A stretch of DNA of 64,000 bases, taken from NCBI GenBank assembly GCA_977030845.1, contig OZ365115.1, positions 15,252,001 through 15,316,000 on the forward strand, read 5' to 3'. Source of the DNA: Fimbriosthenelais zetlandica. Lineage: Eukaryota. The notes beneath the pieces were generated by a model. The model saw only the letters and a program-made list of their open reading frames with translations. It was not told the DNA's origin and searched no databases. Made by a program: the position numbers and the translations under genes. This document shows, piece by piece, positions 37,701 through 51,740 of this stretch. Positions within the stretch are counted from its first letter, which is position 1; each line of letters starts with the position of its first letter.

Positions 37701-40700
37701 TTTTGCCCAATGAGGGGTTTTCCCAGCCTGGTTTAAATCCCTAGTTTGAACCGGGTTTAAGGCTGCGACTGGCAAAACTGTCTTGCCAACACTGATTACA
37801 ATCCAAGTTTTCCTTCCCCTAAGATCAGCAAGCTCTAATCAGAGTCCAAATAAAGTCTTTCTAGTGAGAAAATGATATGCAACTTGCAAGAGTTGGTACA
37901 TATATATCTACCCGCCTGAAAAACGGTAGAATGAAAATCAACCCGCCAGAAGCTAAAATCAACACGCCTCAGGCGTGTAGACGGTGATCTTGTCGCACCC
38001 TGTAAGGTGGATATAATACAGTGAAACCTCCGTTTGTGAACCTTTTATAGTGAACACTTTCTCAGTCTCAAGTTCTTAAGGTGTCGTATACAGCTCCCTC
38101 TGATTTTGAAACCCTTCCATATATCGAACACTTTCTCACAGTCCCAATGAGGTGTTTTATTTATATGGCTCCCGCTGATTAGAGTACAACTCCATATACT
38201 GATTATACTGTCCCAAAGTGTTCATTATAAGGTCATTCTACTATAGCTGCAGATTAATTATTGGCTCAGTGTGTCTCTATTATAAGTAGCCACTCCCTAA
38301 AGGCCATGTTCCTGTTTTGATATCATGAGGAGTGAAACTAAAGTTATCATTGTTGGCCTCAATAATGACACGGCGCGTCTGTTCTGCGGCGTGTCCTGTT
38401 AAAATGACTATAATAAAGATGAGCGACCTCCCCAACCTCCTCTCACTCTCCTCCCACACTCACCCACCTACAGAGACATACATCTATACTAACTTATACA
38501 AGTACTATACATTCTACATATTGGAGTTTACCTCACTGGCTTACCTTGCTTGGTGTATTACTGGTCGCGGATAATCTGTAGGGATTAACCATTGAGGAGG
38601 TAGCTGGTGTAGACAGATTACCCTACAATAGACGAGGCATACATCACATGAGAATCTTGTAAACATTTTATTTTATATTTTGGTGTTTTTTCTTGGTATT
38701 TCTATTCACAGTACAATAGCAGGTTTATACTTCATTATTTCATGGGATATATACAGTGAAATCTCGGTATATTGAACACTGCTTCGTCTGAAAGTACATT
38801 CAGACTCTATCCAACTGCTCAAGATTTGGTGAACTGAAAAATGTTTGGTACATGTATAATCATAGAGGTTTGAATTAATGTATCACTAATAGAGGTTTGA
38901 ATTAATGTATTGGGACCAGGATAAAATGAAGTAATTGATAAACATTTTGCAAATTATTACGAAATGAATGAATGATTAAGAAATGAGAATGAATGAATGG
39001 TTAAGAATTTGAATGAGTCTCTCAGTAAGTCTAGGGATGGTGAATCATGTTGATAGTGACAGCCGTTACTACGTCTTGTTTTGTGACACATTAATCTGTA
39101 AGATATACTCCAGATTGACATGAACGATCTGTGACATACCATACTGATAGTTCATACTAGCCTGACGCTATCTACCTAATAATACAAACTTGAGGCATCT
39201 TATATTTGATAATCACGATGTTAGGTTAAGATCGTTTTCAATGACGTACAATCTAACTCTACTTCTGAAGTCTAGATTTTGTCCATTGATTTGTCACTAT
39301 TAAATTGGAAATTAATTGCCAGTAATGGTTAAAATATTGAATAAATCTTTTATTTGTTAGAATTTTTAGGGACTCTTTTATTTAAATTTTAGATTTTCAT
39401 TAACAGTGCTTAGTTATAGGTACAGACCTGTCAGTTTTTTGCTTTTTTTATACATACATTCTGTTTCTTTCTCAGCTCAAACCTTTTTGAGATTAATTTA
39501 ATTAATGTTTAACAATGTGCTGTTTGTTTTCAGGGACGAGAGACCACCCACTGTCTCGGCCCCGGCTGCCACTACCAATGGCGGCAAGAGACGATGGATT
39601 CCTCCAAGCAGCGTGAAACGAGATGCTCTAACCCCTGAAGAAAAAAATGATGCAAGATTCAGAAAAGTCCGAGGGTAAGTAAAATATCTGTGGGCAAGTT
39701 TTACTTAGGACGTCATATTGACAGTCTACACAGATCTGATCCTATGTCTCGACGGAGCATTTCTCATTAGATGCCGTTCACCTATAATTAAAATCTGTTC
39801 TCTACATTTTTAAATTGATTTTTTCATACCCAGCCTATTGTTATAGTGCAAGAAGTATTTCAATTTTTAAAGATTAGAAATATGGGCAAGCAAAGAAGAG
39901 GAATAAAGAAGTTATTTCACGCATGAAATTCTGAGTGACGATAAAAAAAGACTGAGTAGCATAGAGTTATTGAAGTTTTTTCTAAACAATATTTTCAAAT
40001 TTGGTTTGTAAATGTTTGTTTTTTCCTGTTGTAGCATACTCAATAAGCTCACCCCTGAGAAGTTTGATAAGTTGAGCTTGGAACTACTGAATGTCGGCAT
40101 AGACTCACAAGTTATCCTAAAAGGTATAATCCTCCTGGTAAGTCAAACATTTAGTAATATTTTTGAATTTAGAAAACCTTTCCAAAAGTTGATATTATAA
40201 AAAATGATACCATATTAGGGTATACTTTGAAGACCAAATCTTCTTGGGTTGTTAAAAAAGTTGTTAATCAATAATATGCTCATTCTAATAATGTAATAAT
40301 TCACCAAATTTCATCAAATATGCCTCATTTCTGTTTCAATGTTCTGACTGGCAGTGGGAGTTTTCATTATAGATGGAAAAGACTTGCAGTATGATGTGTA
40401 TTATCTAGGTAGCTAGACACATACATGCATGTATAATCAAAATGAATGGAAGGACCAGGAACTTGATTTACCAACTTCAGCCATTGATAGGTTCATCATG
40501 AGGTACAGTTTAGGTATATTTACATGTATTCTCATGTAAATTGTATTAATCCTGCCCCCTTTCAGATATTTGAGAAGGCCCTAGATGAGAAAGCCTACAG
40601 TTCGCTCTACGCGCAACTGTGTCTCCGATTATGTGAGGACGCGCCAAATTTCGACCCTCATAACTCTAACATCACCGTGAGTTTGTCCTGTCCACATTCT

Positions 40701-43700
40701 CAAAGTCAAAGTTTTATTTCAAATGAGGTAATTTCCCCCACGGTTGCCGGGTAGTTTTTCCTTAGAAATACAGGGGTGTACAACTCACTGGATGCTAAGG
40801 AATCCCTACCCGCTAGATTTAAGGATGTCGATTTGTCGATTTTGAAAATTGAAATTAAAAATGACTTTTTGGTACAAGCCATGTCAATTAATCATTATGA
40901 AGTGACATTTTTCAATGAATTTTTATGAAGAATTTTGTAATTAAACTTTAATTAAAAAGCAGTAATTTTTTGAAAGAACGTACCAGTCATTAAGGTCTGA
41001 CATTTTGCAATCAAATCTAAAAAAACAATTTATTTTAAAGACATTCCGACGACTGTTGCTGAACAAATGCCAAGATGAATTCGAAAACCGATCACGAGCT
41101 ACGGAAGGTAAGATTTCTGGTGTTTGTTTCTCCGTTTTTGTTCGTAGTTTACGCCTTAATATAAACTACACCTATTCATAGTTTAATTGTTATAAATTAA
41201 ATAGGGACATAAAATTCTGAAACTGCTTAGAAACCATCTCTAAAACAAGTCTCTGCTATAAATTTTATTTCGGTTCAGCCTAGAATTGCTTGTCATTAAA
41301 AAGTATTGAATTAGTTGTGGCAGATTTAATAATTCATACAAAAATATTTGCAGTATTCGACAAAGATGGACCGCTTACACCGGAAGAGGAGGAACAGCTT
41401 GGAATTGCGAAGAGGAAGATGCTGGGAAACATCAAGTTCATCGGTGAGAGCTTCTTACAATTCTCTCAAGACAAATTGCTGAAAATATCCTGAAGAAACT
41501 TGGAGCTTAGAAATTGGATTGAAACTGATGAAGAATGATGTAAATTTTATGTAAACCAACATTTTGAACTAGTGTTCTTGGATAATATTTTCTTTTGAAA
41601 CTGTGATATTTTTGTCTTGTATCTATGCTCTATTTGTGAATGTATGTTAAACTTGACTTGTTGATTGTAGGTGAATTGGGTAAACTGGAAATGCTACACG
41701 ACAGTATTCTACACAAGTGCATCAAACAACTGTTGGAGAAGAAAAAGCGGGTACGGGTCGTGGACATGGCGGAAGATCTCGAGTGTCTGTGTCAGATAAT
41801 GAAAACAGTAGGCCGGCGCCTCGACAATGATCGGGCCAAGGTGTGTACTTGATAATGTCCCTGTTAAACATGCACAATATCTTCTATTAAAGAAATCTCA
41901 ACGGTTAGCCATGTCTACAACTGTGCAGCCTGCAAAAGGCCAGCCCAGCCTTGTCCCCTACTGTCTTAAAAGTCCCAAAAATATTAAATTTCGGCCTTTT
42001 TTGTCTACAAGGTCTTAAAAAATCTTAAATTTGTTGCCGACGATACTACTATTTTTCTCAAAGATTTAACTGGCGATTTTGAGGACTTTTCGTTGTCTGA
42101 AAATGTGGATTTTAGGTCTTAAAAATAATGATAATCTGCGTTTTCATGTGATTAATCAGTTAATTTATTATTTTTGTAATTTTTGCAGGCTTGGATGGAC
42201 CAGTACTTTGCACGCATGAACATGTTCATGCAGCATCGCGAGCTTCAGTCTCGTATTCGCTTCATGCTGCAGGATATCATAGAGCTGAGAGGAAACCATT
42301 GGGTTCCACGGAAGAGTATGCTTGACAACGGACCACGGACAATCAAACAGGTCCGGGACGAGGCGGCCAGAGTAAGTCACTAATTATGTCATATAAATTA
42401 TAAGTGTGGGACAATTTCAGTTCTATGACCTGGGTGGACGATGAGCTTCTGCTCTTAGCCACTAGATGGTAGTCAGGTCTGGTATGCCAACAAAAAACCA
42501 TCAAAATGTAACTATTATGGTCCGGGAATCAACTAAAAGTAACTGGGAAAAGTCCGAGAATTTTATGAGGCCAAAAGTGTGGGAACCATGTATTATATAA
42601 TATCTTATCTCAAATGTTGCCTCTCATCTCCATCAAATTAGCAAATATGACAGGATTATATGATTTTATTTGCAGTCTAGCTATCGAGGATATGGTCAGC
42701 CGCAGCAGTCTAACCGTGGGATGATGTACGGACGTGGGATGATGAACGGAGGAGGGTTCGGTGTACAGAGGGCGGGGATCATGGGGGGAGCGCCCCCTGG
42801 CGGGGGAGGCATGGCAGAGATGTTTGGTACCATGCCAAGCTTCATGGGTAAGTCACAGATTGTTTATTCTTGTATTGAATATAAGTATTCTTCATAAAAC
42901 TCTACATCTGTAATTTTTCAGTGATACAAAGATCTAAATTTGCTACCCTCATGTCATAGATGGAAATTGGACATAGGAAAATTAATCTAGAAGTCCTAAA
43001 ATCTCAAATTTCCAAATTTAAAAAATATCCTTAATTCAGACACTTTATCTCACAACTTGAGATACTATGAGATACTATCCTACAATATATCCACTTAGCA
43101 AGATTGGTTTCTAGATTTACTGTTACATTCCCTTGCATCTAATATAGAGCTTATTGCTTTAGAAATAATGTATAAAATGACATAAAATGTGACGGTATAA
43201 ATGTTGTATTATAGGAGGTGGAGACTCTCTTGGTACTGGACCAGGGGTGATCCATGTAGACAACTTTACTCCCAGCTACAACATGGGCCAGAGACGAGGA
43301 GGACAGAATCACGGTCAGTTAATACATCAACATTCTATACATGTCAGACAAAACCAAACCATGATTGGCTCAAATATAATCGGAAAATACAGGCAATTAA
43401 ATAAAAGTGAATTATCTGATTTAAAAGACGATTTGTAAATTGTTCCAAAAATGTCTTCTGGTAGACCTGGAATTTTCTCTTGGCCACCCCATACCTCACC
43501 CCTTTAACCTTAAAATTAAATAATTATTAATTTTTCAGGATTCCCCGGTAATTTTGGAGGTAACAATCGACGACTAGACCAGCAACAGAAGCCGTACCAC
43601 GACCGAGGAAATCAGCAGGACAGGCAGGACAGAGACACAAGGGACAGTCGGGACAGGGACACGGGCCCCAGGGACAACAGGGACAACCGGGATAACAGAG

Positions 43701-46700
43701 ACAGGGACAACCGAGACAAACAGGACAGACAGTATAACAACAGGCACAACGACAGGCAACAGAAAGATGGTAAGAAATGTCTTTTTGTGAAATGTAAAAT
43801 TGTGTAATATAACACAAATTTCAATATATCTAAGGAGAGGAATTGCACTTGCATTTTAGTGCACATAAAGTTTAGTCTTTAATATATTTAAAATGAAATA
43901 CAACAGTAATGGCACTAGTTCCCACATATATGGGGACATGAACGGAAAATGTTGCCACATGGAAAAGGTTAAGAGCCGAACCAATCCAGTCCTATATTTT
44001 CTTTGTTAGATTGTCTAGCAAATGTTGTCAAATCGCAATATTTTCTCTGAGAATTGATCTAATATTAATGAAGGTAGTTCACTAAAGGATATTTGATTGT
44101 ATAGACTTGATAATAAGACCAATGAGTTTAACTTTATTTTGTCTATTTTGTCAGGACGTGAATTGCCGCCGAGGTTCAGGAAGAACTTGAACCAGCAGCC
44201 GCAGTTGGGAGCAACACCTTCCCACCACACCAACAACAATCTACAATCCACATCATCTGACGTACCACTAGGTGTGGCTATAGCCCGGGGGGAGGGGGGC
44301 GGGGGCATCAACCCCCCACCACCTAAACCTACAGAGGAGATTAGTCTGAGACCAGCCAGGAACTTTACTCCACTCTTTAAACCTAATACACCTAGTATGC
44401 TTCCCAAGTCAGCGCAGAGTCCCAACACCCAGAACAAACAGGTCAGTACGAGTCAGAAGATAACCAAAATGGATGAAAGTTGTCAATATTTTCCTTATAA
44501 ATTACATAAATACATATAGGGCCTGAGGTCAAGATCAGTTGTGATTCGACTTACTCTAAACTCTGGTTCCTAGGGGCCTAAATATTTTGGATAATATTGA
44601 CACATGTGCGCCCCTCTCGGACTCGCACGTTCACAATAAATTACATACCATATCTAATACTGATTATGATTTTTACTGACCATATCTAATACTGATAATG
44701 ATTTTACTGACCATATCTAATACTGATTATGATTTTTACTGACCATATCTAATACTGATAATGATTTTACTGACCATATCTAATACTGATTATGATTTTT
44801 ACTGACCATATGATATCTAATACTGATAATGATTTTACTGACCATATCTAATACTGATTATGATTTTTACTGACCATATCTAATACTGATAAATGATACC
44901 TTATACTGATGATATTAACTGACCATTACAGCCCACCTTGAGACCACTGAGTGGACCAGCCGCTGACCCTGGACGTAACAGTCCCCTTCTGACCAGTAAA
45001 CAACCAAACATCGTCATCAAACAAATCCCCGCCGACAACAAGACCAAGGTGGAGAAGAAAAAACAACCGTCAAAAGAGGAGCTGAAGGAGGGGTCAGAGA
45101 AACTACTCACAGTCTACCTGGAGGAAGCTGATGTGAACAAGGCCGTGGAGGCGGTGAAGGACATGCACGCCCCCAAACGATACATGCCTGAACTACTCTC
45201 ATACCTCTTTATACAGACACTGGATAAGTCGGACGAGAACAGAGACAATATCAACAAACTCATCACAGCTCTCAAACAACAGACGCTCATCTCTTCTGAT
45301 AACTTCATGGAGGTATGTATTAAAATCATAAAATGGTTGCCGGGTTCCCAGTGACTGGAAATCAGGGAAAACCTGGAAAATGAGTTTCCCCTTTTCCAGA
45401 CTGAGAAATCGGTGAATTTGAGAAAATCAGGGAAAACTCAGGGTATTTCAACATTGACGTGTATAATCCCATGCCCGCAACTCAAGTTCAGAGTGCTTCA
45501 TATGACTAAAAAACTCCTGGAATTTATTAAGGACTTAAGGACTTAGGAAATCGGGGAATTCTGTTCTCATAAACTGCTGGGAACCTGGGGTTAAATTATT
45601 CATTTACATTATTTAATGCAACCACTTAGCCTTGTGGCCATGAATCTCTTTTGAGAAGGAAACTAAACTTTTTAACCCTAAGTGTAATCCATTTTTTTTA
45701 ACCACGAAGTATAATCTATTTTTTAACCACTAAGTGTAATCTATGTTTTAACCACTACGTATAATCTATTTTTTAACCACTAACTCCTCTCCTTTTCCCC
45801 GTTGCAGGCTTTTGGTGTGATCACAGAGCGCATGACTGAGTTAGAGCAGGACGTACCGTTGATTAAATCACACACGGCTAAGTTTGCTGCCCGGGCAGTG
45901 AGTGACGGTATCATCTCACTGAGTGAGCTAGCTGAACCCTTACATAACGGAGTACGCTACCCACTCTATCTACTCTGTCTACAACAGTTACACAAACAAA
46001 ACGACAAGGAATGGTTGGTGAAGGCCTTCAACGACAGCAAGGTCAACCTGCAGGACATGCTGCCCGGTCAGTCAATTACTCTAATACAGTTATTACTCTA
46101 ATACAGTTATTACTCTAATACAGTTATTACTCTAATACAGTAAATTACTCTAATAGTTATTTAGTCGTGTATACTTGCGGCTCCTGCGGTTATACTCACT
46201 AGTAGCGGCTGGCCGTCGTTACAGCCAATTTTTCGATCAGGCTACAAGAAATCGTTCATTTGGGGTTTCCCTGAGTACTGAAAAATTATAGTTTGAGGCC
46301 TTTAGTTTAGTAGTCCTTTAATTTTTTCAAGTTCTTACAAATTGTTTTTCTCTAATATTCTTTAACTTAAAGACCAGTCTTCCAGAGATTAATTTTCACT
46401 CTGAGGCACTAGTGAAGTACATGTGAAAGTCCTAATTTTTAGCATAAAAATCCCATAAATGTATGGAAAATTGTATTAATTTGACACCCAATAAGCACCG
46501 ACTTCTCGCTGACTGACTGATTTGTGATTTCAGAATGTGACCGGACTAAGGAGCGGATGATGGAGGTGTTAGAAGACAGGGGTCTGAGCTTCATGTTCCC
46601 ACTGTTGAGAGTTCAGAATGATCTGTGGAAACAGATTAAGGCGGACCCCAACCCTACCGCCATCTACAAGTGGATAAAGGAAAACGTCGACCCTTCCCTC

Positions 46701-48467
46701 TTTACTAACGCAAAGTTCATCAACCTCCTTATCTCCAAGTATGTTCCTTTAAAACTCAAATCTAATTATTATAATTTATAATTTTCCTTTTTTTTTAGTC
46801 CCTCTGGGTTGCATCTCTGTTATATTGTGCTCAAAATGATTAAAAAAACTATTTGAAAGGGTGTTATTTCAATAGGTTGAGCACCAGCTTATTTAGGTAG
46901 TAAGGGAGTTCAATTCCCAAGCGGACCAAGCTATTTTCACAGCTATTTCTACATGTTATAGAGCACCTGTATCCGAGAGAAATTGTACAGAACAATTATT
47001 CAAAAACTTCAAAATATCCATTATCCCATATATTTGCCTTGTACCTTTCACTTTATTATTTCACTTATACATTTTTAAACCTTCATACGATCTTATAATG
47101 TATTAATGATTTAACTTATATATTTTGAAAGCTTTGCCTTTATAACTTCATCTTATAATATTAAATTGTGTACTATTTCAGTGTGTTGCGGCACATCACA
47201 AGCGAGACTACACTAGCTGAGAATGTGGACCCGACGCAGGCCCCAGACAAAGGTCTGATAGAGAAAGAGGAGACCATGCTATCAAAGTTCAAGGTGAGAC
47301 TTGTAATCCAAAATATGTTCTAAATATTACCAGATATCATTAGATATATTGTATCCAGTCCATTCCTCCCCAGGGCTGGTATACGTAGTTATGTAGCGTT
47401 TAAAGTGCTAGGTCTATATTTTATATATTTTTTTTTTTAACAGGGAATGTTGACCCTTTTCTTGCACGACAAGCTTGACCTTCAAATGATTGCCCTCTAC
47501 AGCCTGCAAGTTTTCTGCTACAACAAGAACTTCCCTAAAGGTAAATATTCTCTAATATCTTAGACAAGACGAGTCATGTCTCCCACTCTCTCTGGTGAGA
47601 GGCATGTAAAGGGCGACCCGTATCTCCCACTGTCTGTGGTGACCTCTATAAATAAAAGGCCTGTCTGTGATGAGAGGCATGTAAAGGAAAAAGCCAGGTC
47701 TCCCACTGACTGTGGTGAGAGGCATGTAAATTGACAACCATATTTGAGGCTTTTCAAAAGGTTTTCAAAAAAAAATGTTTGTTAAATTAACGTTCATTAA
47801 AGTAACTGTTTGTTGAAGTAATGTTGGTTAAATTGTTTGTTAAAGTAGTGTTTGTCTGTTTGTAGGATTGCTTCTGCGGATGTTCATGCACCTGTATGAC
47901 ATGGAGGTGATTGAAGAGGAAGTCTTCCTCAAGTGGAAGGAGGAAGTAACTGACGAGTACCCTGGTAAAGGCAAGGCTCTCTTCCAGGTACGTTAAATAT
48001 TACTAATATAACCAATATACACAGGTGGCTACAGCTACCATCGCACTATACGACCACTAAATGGTCACAAACGAATGTTCTAACACCGCTAAGACATACT
48101 CGATGAAGCGACCATCTCACTATGTGACCACTGAATGGTCAAATTACCACTAAGTATTACTTACTAAAGCGACCCACATTACTATGTCTAATGCAGATGT
48201 TTTCAACCACTTTATCCTTATCTGATATTTAGCTTCCATAAGTACTTTTCCAATTAGAAAAAATAGAAAAAATGTCTAATATGCACTAAAAAGTGTTAGC
48301 GTATCTCGGCTTTATTTGCTCCTCTTATACATAATCGCCATTAGTCTAAATTCCTTTGAAAAATTAGAATTGTTTTATAATTTAGTAATTTTGTTTTTGT
48401 TTTCTAGGTGAACCAGTGGCTGATGTGGCTGGAGCAAGCTGAGGAAGAATCGGATGAGGAGGATTAA
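31765..48467 (+). CDS. EIF4G2: Eukaryotic translation initiation factor 4 gamma 2 (DAP5/NAT1/p97), 19 coding exons, ~979 aa, non-AUG (CUG) start
   Basis: Exons 31765-31814, 39534-39674, 40035-40137, 40566-40676, 41041-41107, 41354-41443, 41671-41840, 42189-42371, 42676-42847, 43215-43313, 43539-43769, 44155-44441, 44932-45312, 45808-46066, 46534-46738, 47182-47293, 47444-47540, 47866-47987, 48408-48467; phases are consistent (2940 nt). DAP5-type N-terminus GGASR..RWIP; MIF4G (FRKVRGILNKLTPEKFDKL, KMLGNIKFIGELGKL, RIRFMLQD..HWVPRK); MA3; W2 ending QWLMWLEQAEEESDEED. No eIF4E-binding N-terminal region is present. Confidence 0.96.
37188..38002. mobile_element. 815-bp non-autonomous hAT-like element with a 5-bp TSD
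   Basis: 18-bp TIR CAGGGTGCGACAAGATCA / TGATCTTGTCGCACCCTG, with TAAGG on both flanks (37183-37187, 38003-38007) and subterminal CTACACGCCTGA/CTACCCGCC motifs. Confidence 0.8.
44648..44910. repeat. ~30/31-bp minisatellite upstream of the eIF4G2 exon acceptor at 44932
   Basis: About 8 copies of TTTTACTGACCATATCTAATACTGAT(T/A)ATGA. Confidence 0.9.
45340..45587. mobile_element. ~250-bp MITE in an eIF4G2 intron
   Basis: TIR CCGGGTTCCCAG / CTGGGAACCTGG, with internal CAGGGAAAA subrepeats. Confidence 0.55.
47575..47735. repeat. Three ~60-bp direct repeats in an eIF4G2 intron
   Basis: TCTCCCACT..TGTGGTGAGAGGCATGTAAA recurs. Confidence 0.75.
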
Positions 48468-51400
48468 ATATGGAAATAAAAAAACACGGATAGAGAAAAG
48501 GAAAAAAAAGGATATGAAAGATAAGAGAAACTGGCACGTACTAGAACAAAGCCAAAACTCCACCCAACAACGGGAGGGTGAAAGAAGAAAGGAAGAGAGA
48601 AAGAAAGAAAGTCCACTGGATATAGTGTCCATTTGTGAGTGGCGATCGGTATATAATACATATATATATCCACCCCGATTCCCCCAGATGTCCAAAACAG
48701 CCCTACACGATTGATATGTGTATGTATATGATGGGTCAAGCCCTCAATAAGTGACCAATGGTCAGTGGGGCTAGTTAACATTAGAATGACCCTTTCTACA
48801 GATGCCACCAAGCCTTCCTACCTATTATATCATTCTACCTTACTATAGTGGTGAATATCATGTGTCTCTTGTTTACTACATTAATACGTCAGTATATGTG
48901 AAACATGTACATTCTACAACTGCCAATGACGACCATACTAGAGTTGACAAGTTGCTTCTACATATATATACATATATCTTATACATTCTACATGCCATGA
49001 AAAGGAAAGAGAAAAACTCGCTGAATACAAAGTCTTAGAGGAGGGAGGAGGTGATTTTTTTATTTGCACATTGTTTTTAGCTGGACTGGTGAATGTTAAA
49101 CCAGCAGGCTCCTTAAAAATACAAAAAAAACACGGAGATCGAGGAAAAATAATGACGCATGGCAATTTTACAAGTGTCCTGCGACTGGCAGGGTATGACT
49201 GAGCTAGAACGAACATGCTTTTTTATTGTTAAACGGCAGTTTTAAATGGAATTAATACTTGATATGGAATAGCGGTAATGTGGCCTGTAGCCTCGCCTTC
49301 AAGACAGACCAAGCTCCGAATCAAAGCCTCGAAAAACGCAAACCTCGGAAGCTGGCTGGATGGAAAGCGGGGCGCGCGGGCATACTGCGCTATGATCAAC
49401 TTATTAACGCGGGAAAGTGGACACCAACACCCACAGAGAATCAGGAACAAGGAATGCTTCTAAGATTTCCTAAAGGAACCCTGTGGATGAAGATTTCTGA
49501 TCAGATTTCTAGAGGATCTAGCTGTTAGATCCTAGTGTTCTATATATATATATACAGTACATGGTTCTCGTGTTAATAGCTTATACTCTCGCTGCTTGCT
49601 TATATCTTTTTTTTGGACTCGTTTCAGCATGCTGTTATAATATAACAATCACGATCAAATTGAGAAAATCCAAAATTCTGTGAATTCTAAGAATTCTAAT
49701 AATAAGAATCCTGCTTGTGTTGTTGCTTTAATCCTGTAATTTACAAAATCAAAACTTTTAATGAAATGACCATGATTGCAAATTAACATCTAAAGACTTA
49801 TCTTGAATCGTGCTGGGTTTAAGAGGTCTTGTCTATCCTAAGTTACCACCTTTTACCTTTGTTCTTCACTCTATCTGAACCTATATCCTTATTATTTACA
49901 CAAGAAGTGAGATCTTTGCTTTGTGAATTTCAAATGATGTGTAACAAAAAAAAAAAATTACTAGATTGACTAAGAACACCTAACGGCATTAATGTGAGCA
50001 TTTTAAGAGGATAACATCGGCATTTTGGTATAGAATGATTAACGGTCCAAATGCAAATGAAAATTAAATTGCCAAGTGGTAAGAATTCAATGTATTGCCA
50101 AATGAATCAAATCTAACAGACATCAAGGGACAAAAAGTAATTAATCTTTATTTCTTTAAAGATATATGAATTTGTTTTTTATCGCCAAGTGCACAACATC
50201 GCTTTTTTGCAATTTTCTAAATCCTTGTTTGTCCGCAAAGGAAGCTGTGGTCTTGGGCCACTAGGCACACCACCAAGTTGGACGCGTCTCCAACGATAAT
50301 GAATGTTAGAAAAGTTAGGGGGTCTAAATATTGTCAAGACATTTTAAAGTTAATTAATTACTATTAACCCCCATATTAATTATTAGTAATAAAGTCGCAG
50401 CAATAGTAAATGGCTATGAGCTAACGTGACTGGTTTTTATCCATTAGTCATTATTATCCGTAAATATAAATATAACATGGGAGAGAAACTGATCCGCTTT
50501 TTCAACCCTTACCTTCTAAATGAACTAAAGTTTTTGGGGTGCAAACATGAAATGAGTGAGAAAGAAAACTTTACTGTTCCTTCTTCACAGCCTGAAAAAA
50601 ATGTTTTATACGTTAAAGTTTAAAGTTAAGTTAAAATATCAGAGCTTGGTTTGTGATTGCTAAATGTGACAGATCATGTATAAAAGTTGAAATGTTGATG
50701 TGAATAAGAGCTTTGAACCTTGCTCTGATGGTTTGTGGCTGACCAGAGTGGAGCCCTTTGTGGGCTTGTCATGTATGTACTTAAATAGACAGGTACAGTT
50801 AGTTATGCTGGGGTGGCAGCAGTGCTCCCACCACCAGGCAACCATTTCTCCTAGTCACTCGAACCCATCCAAAATATTGATGTGCAAGCTCTTCAGTTAG
50901 CTTCAGAAATAATGAAAATAATGCATGTGTACAAATGTTGAAGTAGGAAGGGTTGGGAGACCGGATGGTAACCTAGATGTACGTTTCTTTCTCATCTTTT
51001 CGTACCTTCACATGTCGTGTTGGTGTTTGTATTAGTTCTGATCCTGCCCGCCCGTGTCGCCACCATCTCTGACCCCCATATCACAGGTTTGATATTGTCT
51101 CGTCTAGTAATAACGCATGTATACATACAGATGCTAGTTGATCTTTTCATACCTTGGGGACATGATCTATTTATTGACAAACTTGTGGTATTCGTTCAAC
51201 CCTCGTACTTTAGTGATCTGAGGGCTCTATGCTCTCTTGGTGAGTTGATTTGTGAGTTATATAAGTTACCAATCGTCGTGGTTTACACTCTAAAATACTT
51301 GTATTTTGACGGCTAATTACTGTAAAATTCAGAGCACCGCATATGAAACCAATCAGTGCTTCAAGTCCCGATACATTTCCTGACTTTAAAATTCATTTTG

Positions 51401-51734
51401 AGTAATCACAAGTGGATTTAAGAAAAGCCCACGTATTCCACTCAATTTATTTTAAACCATCTAAAATGGTCTGAAAGTTCGGGATATTTCAGTGGGTGGT
51501 TACAATTATCACCAGTTGGGATCTTACTGTTTTTACAGTGGTCACTGTTGTATTACAAGTATTTTTGAGTGTGTAGCCTCGGCGGTGTGGAAGGCGGGGC
51601 AGGATCAGTGGAGGTAGAGATGATTGGAGTCACCTCGGTCATTATTTATAACATGTAGCCGAGGGGCTCGGCCGTCTCTGTCTAACACTGTTAACATCTT
51701 TTATTATCCTCTTAATATAAATCCCATGTATCTT

Positions 51735-51740
51735 AATAAA
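51735..51740 (+). terminator. Candidate distal poly(A) signal of eIF4G2 (a proximal candidate is at 50388-50393)
   Basis: AATAAA followed by U-rich sequence, which would imply a 2-3.3 kb 3' UTR. There is no transcript evidence. Confidence 0.35.

Noticed and set aside
43527-43866. Cys/Val-rich minus-strand ORFs resembling metallothionein or keratin-associated proteins
   Set aside because: They are antisense shadows of the RD-repeat coding exon of eIF4G2.
46870-46930. tRNA-like fragment (GAGTTCAATTCC B-box-like)
   Set aside because: No cloverleaf; at most a decayed SINE head.
39675-48407. Intronic snoRNA (vertebrate EIF4G2 hosts SNORD97)
   Set aside because: I found no convincing C/D box pair with a terminal stem and no H/ACA two-hairpin structure by eye; an Infernal or snoscan search is needed.
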